The notes beneath the pieces are model-generated. The model was given only the letters and a program-made list of their open reading frames with translations. It did no database searches and was not told the DNA's origin. A DNA stretch of 64,000 nt from Balanoglossus misakiensis (lineage: Eukaryota > Animalia > Hemichordata). The stretch covers positions 4,446,831 through 4,510,830 of the forward strand of contig CM082578.2 of NCBI GenBank assembly GCA_040954595.2, read 5' to 3'. Positions 51,530-64,000 of the stretch are shown here, one piece after another; position 1 is the stretch's first letter, and each line of letters begins with the position of its first letter. The translations under genes and the position numbers were made by a program.

Positions 51530-54500
51530 TATCGACAATGTTCAGAAACCAGAAAACAATGGCGTAGTACAGAACACGCAGACCGAGTCCGAGTCAACGC
51601 ACGCAGATAAAATCTTCCAGTTTCCGATAAAATAAATAAAAATGTATAAAATGTCACCTTAGAGAGGGTCTTGAGATGGTTATACCGATGTTGGTACAGT
51701 GTTAGTGATAAAATACTGTCAGTAGAAGTAAAAAATGGTGAAAATTCCTGGAGAGACGATACACACGTTGTTCACTCCTCAGTGCCGGAAGTTGCTATGC
51801 TTGCCCCCTCATCTCCTAGTGTTACGAGCGCTGATGTTTCTGTTATATTGACATGCACGCCGGTTGTAGGGTCTGCACCACTGGAAGTCCCAGTTTCCAT
51901 TGCTGTATTACCCAGAGAGCTGTTCGCAGGCGCAGTCTCTTGGGAAGCTGTCGACGAAACCAAGTCATCCCCAGCCGCGCTGACGTCAGACACAGCCAGG
52001 AAAGCGTTGATTGAAAACAAATCCGCTGCAGTGCCCTCTACTGTTCGGCTGGCGTAAACAATCGGCAGTTCAACGTTCAAATGGAAGTCAATCTGCCGAC
52101 CTTGCACAACATTCGGGATATAATCAGGGTGGACGCGGAGGGTTGGAGTAGCGCTGATGAATGCTTGAAAGAGAAAGAGATTTAACCACGTCATTTTGTG
52201 CTCAGGTCTATTTTATATTTAATAATTAATGTTAGCAAAGGTAACGTGAGATGGGTAGTTAACTGTTGTAACAAAATTGCAGCCATTGGTGTGACTAACA
52301 GAATCACAAGCTCAAGTCGTCTGATAAGGAACAGTGGCTAAAACTGGCCTACTATGAAGAAACAAAATAACCATAAGGGCAGGTGGAAGCCAATCCATTT
52401 ATATACGCACAGGTACATGTATCTGCCGTCGATGCCAACTAACAGCAACTATACCGTGTATACACTTACTCGCACAAGTTATTAGTTCTTAAATTTATAA
52501 TATCACTCTAAAATAATTGAAAATCAAACAGAACTTTGTACTGCACATTTATTGAAACATCTTGACCATGGCAATACATTTGGTATGTTTAATTAGAAAA
52601 GGAGATTATGTTATCAATTACCTGGACTCGATGGTTGTGGTGTATGCAATGGCATGGGCGTTGTCTTAGGATTTCCAACGGACAGTCCCTTTTCACCAAC
52701 CCCAAACAATGCACCTTACAAAGAATCAACATACTCAAATTGCCTAAATAGGTTAGTACGAAAATATACGAATATTTATTTACTATTATTATTATTATTA
52801 GTTATTTTTACTAGTATTTATTTATTCACGAACCAACAGGTTGCCCCAATCACAGGTTCGTTTGAAATAAAATCACTGTACAGAATAAAGTAAGAAAAAA
52901 ACAGCTGAATAACAACAGACAAACAAATGAACGTACTGGCAAGACATTGACGTATGAAAGAAAATAGGGAACTGTGATAAACACACATAAATCAAGATAT
53001 AGAATACAGTTATTCAGTAAAAAGGAGTTTGTATAATGCATGCGTGTCCCCCTTGATGAGAATATGTCCTCTCATACCAGCACAAACCTCACTGCAATTG
53101 CCACGACCCTACTAGGATCTCCAGTTGCTGTCATGCCCAGTCTACGCTACGGTTGGCTGCTTCCTTAATTCTAAGAATGATCTAATTTCAGGGATTTGTA
53201 GATGATCTGTAATGTTCATAAACAAACAAACGCGAAAACGCGGCGCGACGACTCCTTCACGTTAAGCTAAGCCACCGGATTTTGGAGGGCGATCACATAA
53301 CGTCGGTTTGATCTAAGGGAGAACTATTTGTTTTCTGGGGTGGTAAGATATGGGTATGTCAGAATTTTTTTTAACCATTATAACAGCAAATGTATTATTT
53401 TATTACCAGAGTCACCCTTTTTCTTCAGGGCGTTGCAGCAGGTATTGTTTTTCTCAGCACCCTCTGCCAACATTGTTATCCAAAATCCACCACCCACCCC
53501 ACCTCCAGAAATTAAATGGTTGTCCTCTAACCGTGATTGAGGTGGACAAAAAATACATACCAGTAAATAGTCCAACCGCAGCACCACCACCAGCGAGTAT
53601 CAGCCCCGTGGTGAGTAAGGCCCCGATGATAACCTTCCGCCGTCGTTTTTGGCCCGTGTTGACATCTGTCTGTGGAGCAAACCCAATATATATATTTAAG
53701 ATACAGGAAACACATATGTTCATTTAAAAACGAACAATACCGAGACGCGACAGAATTGAACAAACACGTGTGGACTCTAAAGGATCAGAAACTAGAGTAC
53801 AGTAAATAATTGCGAAAAATAAAACACGCAAAATCATATTCTATCATCAACAAAAATGCAATTTGTGCTTATGGGAGTATTTCATCATATGTAGACCAAA
53901 TATGGCCACACTGAACAAACAAAATGAACACTTGTCGGCCCGTCTTGACATCTGTCTGTGAAGCAAATCCAATATATCTTAGAGAGAGGGGGGAGAGGGA
54001 GGGGGGAGGGAGGGAGGGATAGAGAGAGGGAGGGAGAGAGAGAGCGGGGGGAGAGAGGGAGGTAGGAGGGAGGGAGAGACAGACAGACAGAGACAGGGAG
54101 ACAGAGATTACAGAGAGGGATTATGTGTGTCAATCGTCAACATATGGATGGAAAGGCGGCGTCTTCTTGTCTGCGGCTGTTGGTATGGGTCCCATACGAC
54201 ACAGTTTCTAACAAGATTTTGTATTAAAATCGGCGTACAGTGTAGGTGTTACAAAGTACAAAATTGAAAGCAATATGTTTGGTACTTTGGTATTGCATTG
54301 TACATCACGGCAAACAGTTCGTCGATGAGTTCATCACATTCCAAGTCAATTTGATAATGACATTTTGGTTACCAAGGTCTCCCTGAAGTCTGGGAACAAG
54401 ACATGAACATGGCAGCTATGACATGAAAGGAATCCACACTCTTTTTACAAACCCAATGTGGTCTAAACATTATGCATCACTGTACATAGAGAAAAGTTGT

Positions 54501-56181
54501 CTCAACATTAAATAACCGGGTAGGGACCATAAATTGTTTCACCGAATGTTCACTTTTGCCTCTCTATATACAAACAGAGTAAAGAATGAGTACTTTAGTA
54601 TTTTAGCGTGTTTCAACTAGTAAAACACCATGAACAGCTTTTTAAATCAAGCAAAATTCACGAAAAAAAAGTTCAAAAATAGCGACTTTATCTCTCTAAG
54701 GTATGTTAAAAACTTTGAAATTACTCTTGAGGACTATTTTGCTACGACTGAATTCGTTTTTATGTAACCTATTAAATTCTTTCAGAAATTGTTTTGATTG
54801 AAAGATTAAAACTGCCTAATTACCGGTAATACTGCAGATTTGTTACAAATATTTTTTTCAAGTTACTTTGTAGTTACAATCTGGTCAACGTCATCCTAAA
54901 TTTGAAGACAGCTGTATGTTTACCACGGCGAATATCTTCATATCAAACATTCATATCATGCAGTTATTACAGCCAGATGGTATGCAACTATAATTGTACG
55001 TTTTTTTCAAGTCGCGCGTTTCACTTACCTTATCCCTAAATGGTGCTACTTTACTGCGTTTCATCGCAGAAGTGAACTAAATCCTCGTCCTCTTCACTTT
55101 TGAGGAGCTTCTCTGACTTGGGTCGACGTCGGCAAGTCTCGCGGTATCAAACAAGTGCATCTAGTTTTATTCTCTGTTTTCAAAGTGACACGCAGCACAT
55201 TTTGAATATTGCAAAGCCTGGGAAGGTTTTGAGGGCTATGGTGTTTAGTGTCTGTCACCGACGGTCATACCACTTTGAACACAGGAAAAGTAACTTTGGG
55301 CAAAAAAACGTAGCCAAGCAACGCAACTTTTCTTAAGAATTGTATAAACCATACATTTGGTCAGGTAAAAGTGTCTTAGTGGGAACCGATGGAACACTAT
55401 TCACTACTTTAAAAAGAACATAGCCCAGCGTATCATGTTTCAATTGAGACTACCGTGTATTGGGTAGAATGCCTCATAATACACAATAGAGCTATTCCTT
55501 GGGTAATTAAATAGTATAAATATAATCCGCTCTGACAAATAAGAGGATTGGAGGTTTACCTGTTCATTCTTTTCCACCTACTTTGTTATAGTAAGCCACG
55601 CAAGATGGCTTGCTTTCATGGTACAATGAGGTTTAAAATAGTGTTAAAAATTTGCCACAGGCCTGCCTACTCAAGTTGTTCGGCGCTTCAGTAATCTCCA
55701 ATGTTCTTATATAAGCGAGCCGCATTATCTCGAAGTTGGCTAGTGCAATTGTTAATACACTTTCTAATACCCCCTAAATCTATCTTACATGTTTCCTGGA
55801 GAAATATAGCCAGATCCCGTGCCAGGCACTGAGAAAATTGACATTTTTGCGTTGTGTGCATTATTTTATTTTCAAACTTAGAACGAATAACCGACATGAC
55901 AACGTATAAAAGCCATAATTGGTTTATTCCATCAAAGAGGTAATCGAACCAATGATAATATACAGGAAGCCTATGAAGGAATTGACTTTGAAATACTACT
56001 ATGCGACAGAAGAAGATGCAGGTTAATTTATTGCTTCCATGCAAAGCAACTAAACGTTGAAAGATATTAATCTTCGATCCCTGTTGAGTTTCAGTGAAGC
56101 TTGTTTCAAAATGGAGGTCGGGGTTTACAGTCCCTTAACATCCAACACAGTCGCTGTAATGCGAATTTTGGTCCACCATCG

Positions 56182-59100
56182 TCACTCACCTGTAAGAGAA
56201 AAATCACATTCTTAAAGATATACGCTCAAAATGGATTCACAATTAGCTGACTTTAACATACAAACTTAGTTTTCACTAAATAAAAAAACGCATTGTAGAC
56301 GGTGGTTAGCGAACCCAGGCCCTCCACGACGAGAGGTAGTCTCTCTCTCTCTCCCTCCCTCAGATAGTTGACCTTTGACTTTACCTGCTCTATTAACAGC
56401 TCCCGAGACAGCATCTGCAGCTGCTATTTTCGCAGAAATTGAGTTCTTTAACCAGCATTCACCATTATTTTTTCTGAAAGTCCATCCAAGACACTGACTG
56501 TTGCGTTTGCAATCTTCACAACATTCTTCTGGACTGCTCTTGATGTTTTGGTATCCATTATTGATGTCATTTCCAGGTGCGGCGAAACCATCTTCCATAT
56601 TGCAGGCTGCGCCTGTGATATCAAACATTCATAAGTATAAACATTTTTCTGTGATACCGACAGATTTGCAATTTTTCATTTTATTATACTGCATTGCATT
56701 CCCAAAACTGTTATATTTGACTGGATATTGTGAAAAATTATGAAATATACTTAACTGCATGTAGTATAGTGGTTTAATGAAATCCCGTCTCTACTTACCC
56801 GTGCAAGAATCAAACTGTACACAGGCAGGACCAACGTGGTTGTTTGCAGTGTGCCAAAACCAGTTAGAGTTGGCTGTCGGTGACACCTCGACGCAGATAT
56901 GAGAGAAACTCTCGCACTCTCCTTGAGACAGGTCAAAACTTAGTGTGATCGCGAAGTTGATAAGCGCATTTGTTTGAAAGGTCATGGGATCCGCTGGTAA
57001 GTTTGCTTCAACTATGTCTCCGTCGTTGCCAATGGAACCGGACAAGAATGCGTCAACTTTCAACAGATCCACCAGTTGACCAGACAGCAATCCTGTACTG
57101 TGAGATGCTGTGGTGATCGTAACTGACAGATAGAAATCATTCGGTACTCCCATAAAAACATCAACTGTTCCGCTAACTTGCAATGGGCTCTGAGTTGCCG
57201 GGGCCACTTGAACTAGATGAAAGGAATATAGGAGTTAACACAGAGAAATTCCACCAGGAAAACAACTGCGATCACTCTAAGCTTCCATATTCCAAAATTC
57301 AAAATTTCCATTAAACAAAGACAAAAATGTGCAAAAAGTGCAACTATCTCTTTACGCCTACCGATACAGGTTCCATTCACTGCCAGACAACTTGAAAGAA
57401 TGTCGCCTCCAGACCATTTCCATGGAAACGCGGAGTTACCACCAGGGAATACACCAATGCAGATAAACTTGAGATCGTCACAACCGATATCAACCAATTC
57501 GGTTTCCATGAAAGTCACGTTATACATGGATATTGATATGTTCGGTGAGATAGACAAGGTACTGGAAGTGACGTTGGTCGGTGGAGAAGTCACAAGAGCC
57601 GGGTCTCCCTCGGTAGTTTTCAGGCTCAAATTCATGCCGAATACATTAATTTCACTGGAGAACTGTGCTGTGTCCGGTCCAATCGCTATGCTAACGTCGA
57701 GGGAAAAGCGTTTCGATGAACCCATGACAAGGTCAGCATTACTATTGGAACTAAGGCTCACATCGAGAGATAGTCCGTCAATTTGATCTGAAGAGAAAAG
57801 GACAGCTTAACATATATCTGATGACCCAATGAACGTGTCTGCCAGTTTCATGTTCTATAGACAATCAATTTAAACACACACATCTGCTACAAATGCACAC
57901 CAGAATGCTACGTGAGAAACTAAATGTGTGGAGTTGTATATCTACATATCTCTGAAACTCATATTACGGATGAAAACCATGATTTTAATTTTAACTCACG
58001 TGTACACGTCGTCACCTCAACACAGTTTGTGATACACCAGTCTTCGTAAAGCCACAAAAGGGGGGCGTCTTTCATAGGAGAAATGTCGGCGCAAACATAC
58101 GGGTACGTTGCACAGCTCATATCACGGAGGTCGTAGGTTGCCATCAGGTTTTCCATGTTCACGTTGGAATCTGGAAGAATGACGGCCATTGTTGGTGAGA
58201 TATGATCAGCTAAAACTTTCTTCGAGTGTGCATGCCCTGTTGCATTGGCGGAGAAGTAGAGCTGAACGTCGAATAAGTTATCCTCCACACTTGTGTAGTT
58301 TCCCGTATCATTTCCGAGGTACAATTCAACGCCAATACATAACAACTGTGACGTTCCCATGGTTACGTTTATGTCTGCAAACACTTGCATATCAATTGGA
58401 TCAATGGGATCTGTGAAGAAAAGATGAACCACCATTATGTATGAACATGGCATTGTGCATTGAAAACTTCCTGGAAATGGGTTTTCCATGATTTTTGTAA
58501 GATTAAGCGATCGGGTCACGTGCCTATGGTATATTGCATGTAATAAGTATTAAAAGTTCCGACTGATAGCTTAATATAAGGGTTACGTGTTTCTTAACCT
58601 GTAAAATAGAGTCACACAAGTGTTGATATGGTCCAAAAACATCACAAATGTACACACATGGTTACCATAAGCTAATTATTATTATTGAACTTTTATATAC
58701 TCACAAAGACAATCTCCTATCTCTACACAGGCAGTTCTCTTCACGTCGCCTGTCCACTGCCAAACTTCTGTGTCAACAGGATAAATCTCAACACAAATGA
58801 AGTTGTTACGGTCGCACGGAATAGGATCGAAGTTGGCCTGAACATCTACCAGCACAGCCATATGATTAGAAAGTGTGACGTCATGTCCGAGTACAACAGC
58901 TGTTGTCCTGTGGGTCTGCGTTGCACCCTCATCTCCTAGTGTTACGAGCGCTGATGTTTCTATTGTATTGACATGCACGCCGGTTGTTGGGTCTGCACCA
59001 CTGGAAGTCCCAGTTTCCATTGTTGTATTACCCAGAGAGTTGTTCGCGGGCGCAGTCTCTTGGGAAGCTGTCGACGAAACCAAGTCATCCCCAGCCGCGC

Positions 59101-60938
59101 TGACGTCAGACACAGCCAGGAAAGCGTTGATTGAAAACACATCCGCTGCAGTGCCCTCTACTGTTCGGCTGGCGTAAACAATCGGCAGTTCAACGTTCAA
59201 ATAGAAGTCAATCTGTCGACCTTGCACAACATCCGGGATATAATCAGGGTGGACGCGGAGGGTTGGAGTAGCGCTGATGAATGCTTGAAAGAGAAAGAGA
59301 TTTAACCACGTCATTTTGTGCTCGTGTCTTTTTTACAGTTAATAATTAATGTTAGCAAAGATAACGTGAGATGGGTAGTTAACTGTTGTAACAAAATTGC
59401 AGCCATTGGTGTTACTAACACAATTAAACGCTCAAGTCGTGTGATATGGAACAGCGGCTAAAACTGGCCTACTATGAAGGAACAAAATGACCATAAGGGC
59501 AGGTGGAAGCCAATCCATTTATATACGCACAGCTATCTGCCGTCGATGCCAACTAACAGCAACTATACCGTGTACACTTATTCGCACAAATTATTAGTTT
59601 TTAAATTTATGATATTACTCTAAAATAAAATCAAACAGAACTTTGTACTGCACATTTATTGAAACATCCTGACCATGGTAATACATTTGGTATGTTTAAT
59701 TAGAAAAGGAGATTATGTTATCAATTACCTGGACTCGATGGTTGTGGTGTATGCAATGGCATGGGCGTTGTCTCAGGATTTCCAACGGACAGTACCTTTT
59801 CACCAACCCCAAACAATTCACCTTACAAAGAATCAACATACTCAAATTGCCTAACTATGTTAGTACGAATATATACGAATATTTATGTATTATTATTTAT
59901 TTTTATTTATTCATTTATTCATGAACCAACAGGTTGCCCCAATAACAGGTAATAGGGATCTATGATAAACACACATAAATCAAGATATAGAATACAGTTA
60001 TTCAGTAAAAAAGAGTTTGTATAATGCATGCCGAAAACTGGTGTAGTTACCAAAAATTTCAACACGTTACCGGGTCGTGGTTTTACGTATCCATGCTTAA
60101 ATGTTGTTCGTTTAAATTCTGATGTATTCATTTTTTTTAAGTCAAATTATCTGACGTGATTGTTTGTTTCCGTCTGATGTTTATATAACGTGGAACATGA
60201 GAAAATTGAAAATAAATGCATGCAAACTATTCGTCCTTCTTTCCAAGTGTTTGGACAAAGGGAAGGGGTCGTTGCGCCGCGTGCGTGTCCCCCTTGATGA
60301 GAATATGTCCTCTCATACCAGCACAAACCTCACTGCAATTGCCACGACCTACTAGGATCTTCAGTTGCTGTCATGCCCAGTCTATGCTACGGTTGGCTGC
60401 TTCGTTAATTAATTGAATTGAAAGTACCTCAATGGTTAATTCTAATAATGATCTAATTTCAGGGATTTGTATATGAACTTTGATGTCCATAAACAAAAAA
60501 CGCCCCAACGCGGCGCGACGACTCCTTCACTTTAAGCTAAGCCTTCGGATTTTGGAAGGCGATAACATAACTTCGGTTTGATCTAAGGGAGAACTACTTG
60601 ATTTCTTTGGTGGTAAGATTTGGATATGTCAAAATTTGTTCAACCACTATAACAGCAAATGTTATATTTTTATTATCAGAGTCAACCTTTTTATTGAGAG
60701 CGTTGCAGCAAGTATTGTTTTCTCAGCACCCTCTGCCAACATTGTTATCCAAAATCCACCACCCACCCCACCTCCAGAAATTAAATGGTTGTCCTCTAAC
60801 CGTGATTGAGGTGGACAAAAAATACATACCAGTAAATAGTCCAACCGCAGCACCACCACCAGCGAGTATCAGCCCCGTGGTGAGTAAGGCCCCGATGATA
60901 ACCTTCCGCCGTCGTTTTTGGCCCGTGTTGACATCTGT
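56182..60938 (-). CDS. Tandem gene copy 3, apparently intact: type II membrane protein with TM, stalk, four Cys-containing repeats and C-terminal PAN/Apple domain (755 aa from the TM exon; N-terminal exon unresolved)
   Basis: Exons 60830-60938, 59729-59821, 58705-59283, 58000-58410, 57362-57787, 56799-57212, 56385-56612, 56182-56189 total 2268 nt with consistent phases, GT-AG borders and no internal stop. Confidence 0.8.
56385..56612 (-). CDS. PAN/Apple domain exon, copy 3 (divergent)
   Basis: GNDINNG..ECCEDC..CLGWTF..CWLKN..VSG. Confidence 0.82.
56799..57212 (-). CDS. Cys-domain repeat exon D, copy 3
   Basis: 414-nt phase 1-1 exon, [18 protein letters not shown]. Confidence 0.78.
57362..57787 (-). 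CDS. Cys-domain repeat exon C, copy 3
   Basis: 426-nt phase 1-1 exon, [18 protein letters not shown]. Confidence 0.78.
58000..58410 (-). CDS. Cys-domain repeat exon B, copy 3
   Basis: 411-nt phase 1-1 exon, [18 protein letters not shown]. Confidence 0.78.
58705..59283 (-). CDS. Cys-domain repeat exon A with Ser/Thr-rich insert, copy 3
   Basis: 579-nt phase 1-1 exon, [18 protein letters not shown]. Confidence 0.78.
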
Positions 60939-63013
60939 CTGTGGAGCAAACCCAATATATATATTTAAGATACAGGAACCACATATGTTCATTTAAGAAC
61001 GAACAATACCGAGACGCGACTGAATTAAACAAACACGTGTGGACTCTAAAGGATCAGAAAATAAAGTACAGTAAAAAATTGCGAAAAATAAAACACGCAA
61101 AATAATATTCTAACATCAACAAAAAATGCAATTTGTGCTTATGGGAGTACTTCATCATATGTAGACCAAATATGGCCACACTGAACAAACAAAATGAACA
61201 CTTGTCGGCCCGTCTTGACATCTGTCTGTGAAGCAAATCCAATATACCTTAGAGAGAGGGGGGAGAGGGGGGGAGGGAGGGATAGAGAGAGAGGGAGGGA
61301 GAGAGAGGGAGGGAGAGAGGGGAGGGAGAGGGATAGAGAGAGATGGGAGGGAGGGAGAGAGCGGGGAGAGAGGGAGGGAGGAGGGAGGGAGGGAGAGACA
61401 GACAGACAGAGACAGGGAGACAGAGATTACAGAGAGAGATTATGTGTGTCGCTCGTCAACATATGGATTGAAAGGCGGTCGTCTTCTTGTTTCTAACAAG
61501 ATTTTGTATTTAAAATCGGCGTACAGTGTAGCTGTTACAAAGTACAAAATTGAAAGCAATATGTTTGGTACTTTGGTATTGCATTGTACATCACGGCAAA
61601 CAATTCGTCGATAGGTTCATCACATTCCAAGTCAATTTGATAATGACATTTTGGTTACCAAGGTCTCCCTGAAGTCTGGGAACAAGACATGAACATGGCA
61701 GCTATGACATGAAAGGAATCCACACTCTTATTACAAACCCAATGTGGTCTAAACATTATGCATCACTGTACATAGAGAAAAGTTGTCTCAACATTAAATA
61801 ACCGGGTAGGGACCATAAATTGTTTCACCGAATGTTCACTTTTGCCTCTCTATATACAAACAGAGTAAAGAATGAGTACTTTAGTATTTTAGCGTGTTTC
61901 AACTAGTAAAACACCATGAACAGCTTTTCAAATCAAACAAAATTCACGAAAAAAGTTCAAAAAGAGCGACTTTATCTCTCTAAGGTATGTTAAAAACTTT
62001 CAAATTACTCTTGAGGACTATTGTTGCTCCAAAAATTGTTTTGATTACAAGATTAAAACTGCCTAATTACCGGTAATTCGCAGATTTGTTACAAATAGTT
62101 TTTTCAAGTTTGAAGTCCTAAATTTGAAGACAGCTTTATGTTTACCACAGCGAATATCTTCATATCAAACATTCATATCATGCAGTTATTACAGCCAGAT
62201 GGTATGCGACTACAATTGTACGTTTCAGAGTCTATAAACGCGCGTTTCACTTACCTTATCCCTAAATGGTGCTACTTTACTGCTTTTCATCGCGGAAGTG
62301 AAATAAATCCTGTTTCGTCCCCTTCCTTTCTATCACAGTGCTTCACTTTGGAGGAGCTTCTCTGACTTGGGTCGACGTCGGCAAGTCTCGCGATATCAAA
62401 CAAGTGCATCTAGTTTTATTCTCTGTTTTCAAAGTGACACGCAGCACATTTTGAATATTGCAAAGTCTGGTAAAGTTTTGAGGGCTATGCTGTTTATTGT
62501 CTGTCACCGACGGTCATACCACTTTGAACACAGGAAAAATAACTTTGGGCAGAAAAACGTAGCCAGGCAACACAAGTTTTCTTAAGAATTGTATAAAACG
62601 TACATTTGTTCAGGTATAAGTATCTTAGTATGAACTAGTGGAACACTATTCACTATTTTAAAAAGAACATAGCCCAGCGTGTCATGTTTCAATTGAGACT
62701 ACCGTGTATTGGGTAGAATGCCTCATAATACATACTAGAGCTATTCCTTGGGTAATTGAATAGTATCAATATAATCCGCTCTGACAAATAAGAGGATTGG
62801 AGGTTTACCTTTTCATTCTTTTCCACCTACTTTGTTACAGTAAACCACGCAAGAAGGCTTGCTTTCATGGTACAATGAGCTTTAAAATAGTGTTAAAAAT
62901 TTGCCAAAGGCCTGCCTACTCAAGTTGTTCGGCGCTTCAGTAACCTCCAATGTTCTTATATAAGCGAGCCGCATTATCTCGAAGTTGGCTAGTGCAATTG
63001 TTAATACACTTTC

Positions 63014-64000
63014 TTATCACATACATAGACCAAGTTATCCCTATAGTGTGACGTCACACTACAGGTATATGACCTCGACGAATCCTTATTACACATGTGT
63101 TGAATATGGATGCCCGGACTATTTTCTTTATGTAAACAAACAAAAAATCACCCGTTCTCGATCAGAAATATGCCCGAATCCCAAAAGTGGGAGACTTATG
63201 AAGCACAGGGAAATATGGGGTAATAAAGCACATGTTTTAAATGTAAAATGAGCATGTAAAATTGCAAGTTAAACGTCACGATCGACATCGCTGGAGCATC
63301 GAGCAACACAACACCAGCAGCTTGCAGCCAGTCAACAGGTCGAGTCGAGCAGGCGAGCGATGACCATGTTTTATTTTAGGCAGTAGCAACGACATTTCTC
63401 AGGACATAAATGTAGTAGGAGAAAAAAACAATTTATTCTTGTCATTTCCCAGCATTTACAGTAAATTTGACATCAATTCACCACGAACTATTGTTGTTTT
63501 CAATGTTCCAGATACATGATGTTTATCGGTTTCTCAGTGAATCTTGGATAAAAGTTTGCATTTAGATTTTAAACCGACACGTCTTCAATGTAAATATTTA
63601 ACAATGATTTTATTGCTAAAGTGTTTCACAAATTTGAAATTGATATGCTGCTTGCAATTTCTATTCGAAAAGTCAATGTTGTTCGACCCGTTATAAAATG
63701 CCCGGCGTTGTAAACAATGGGGCCGCGCGCTGTCAATCCAAGTAACGTTCACGTAGTTTTCTTAAATTCGCCGTGTTATCAGTGTATTCATCCATATTTA
63801 CCTACCAAAAATATCGTCAGGTGAAGTGATACCATATTTCGTCTGATTTCACTCAGAAATAGCACGATAAACTTAACCTTTGGGGCCCGTTATTACTAAC
63901 AGCTGATCGCGGTTTAATGTCCGTTTGCGTGTGACCCCAACACGGGACCCCGACCGCATAAAATGATATGTCGATCCTTTTTTTATTATTTATTTATTAT
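63014..64000. mobile_element. Probable insertion starting TTATCACAT, running off the window end
   Basis: Abrupt loss of homology to the repeat unit after ATACACTTTCT; 18-bp palindrome TAGTGTGACGTCACACTA at 63044-63061. Confidence 0.4.

Larger units (their letters stand above)
46732..51800 (-). mobile_element. Apparently full-length CR1/L2-clade LINE
   Basis: 5' UTR, ORF1, ORF2, 3' hairpin (46791-46806) and (TAAA)n tail; no TSD; interrupts exon A at GGGTCTGC|TTGCCCCC. Confidence 0.95.
39495..53669 (-). pseudogene. Tandem gene copy 2, exon A interrupted by a full-length LINE
   Basis: Exons 53561-53669, 52622-52714, 51801-52163 plus 46517-46731, 45810-46220, 45133-45561, 44570-44983, 40192-40419, 39495-39502; the frames are otherwise open. 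Confidence 0.78.

Overview
Eukaryotic DNA (spliceosomal introns; the transposon repertoire suggests a marine invertebrate, which is inference only). The backbone is a head-to-tail tandem array of a multi-exon minus-strand gene: three near-complete copies (N-terminal exon not resolved) plus the 5' part of a fourth. The gene encodes a putative type II membrane protein: basic juxtamembrane segment and TM helix, Pro/Thr stalk, four related Cys-containing domains of about 135-195 aa (one phase 1-1 exon each) and a C-terminal PAN/Apple domain. Only the copy at 56.2-60.9 kb looks intact. Its PAN exon differs from copy 1 at 18 of 76 codons by replacement and at one by a silent change, while the adjacent exon is protein-identical, which suggests diversifying selection on a recognition domain. 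The array is heavily invaded by mobile DNA: a decayed BEL/Pao LTR element (1631-11468) with nested DNA elements, a decayed Ty3/Gypsy element with an integrase chromodomain and an F-type env (12753-25976), an intact CR1/L2-type LINE with a PHD-esterase-CCHC ORF1 (46732-51800), several MITE/foldback elements and a 32-bp minisatellite. All alignments and counts were done by eye.
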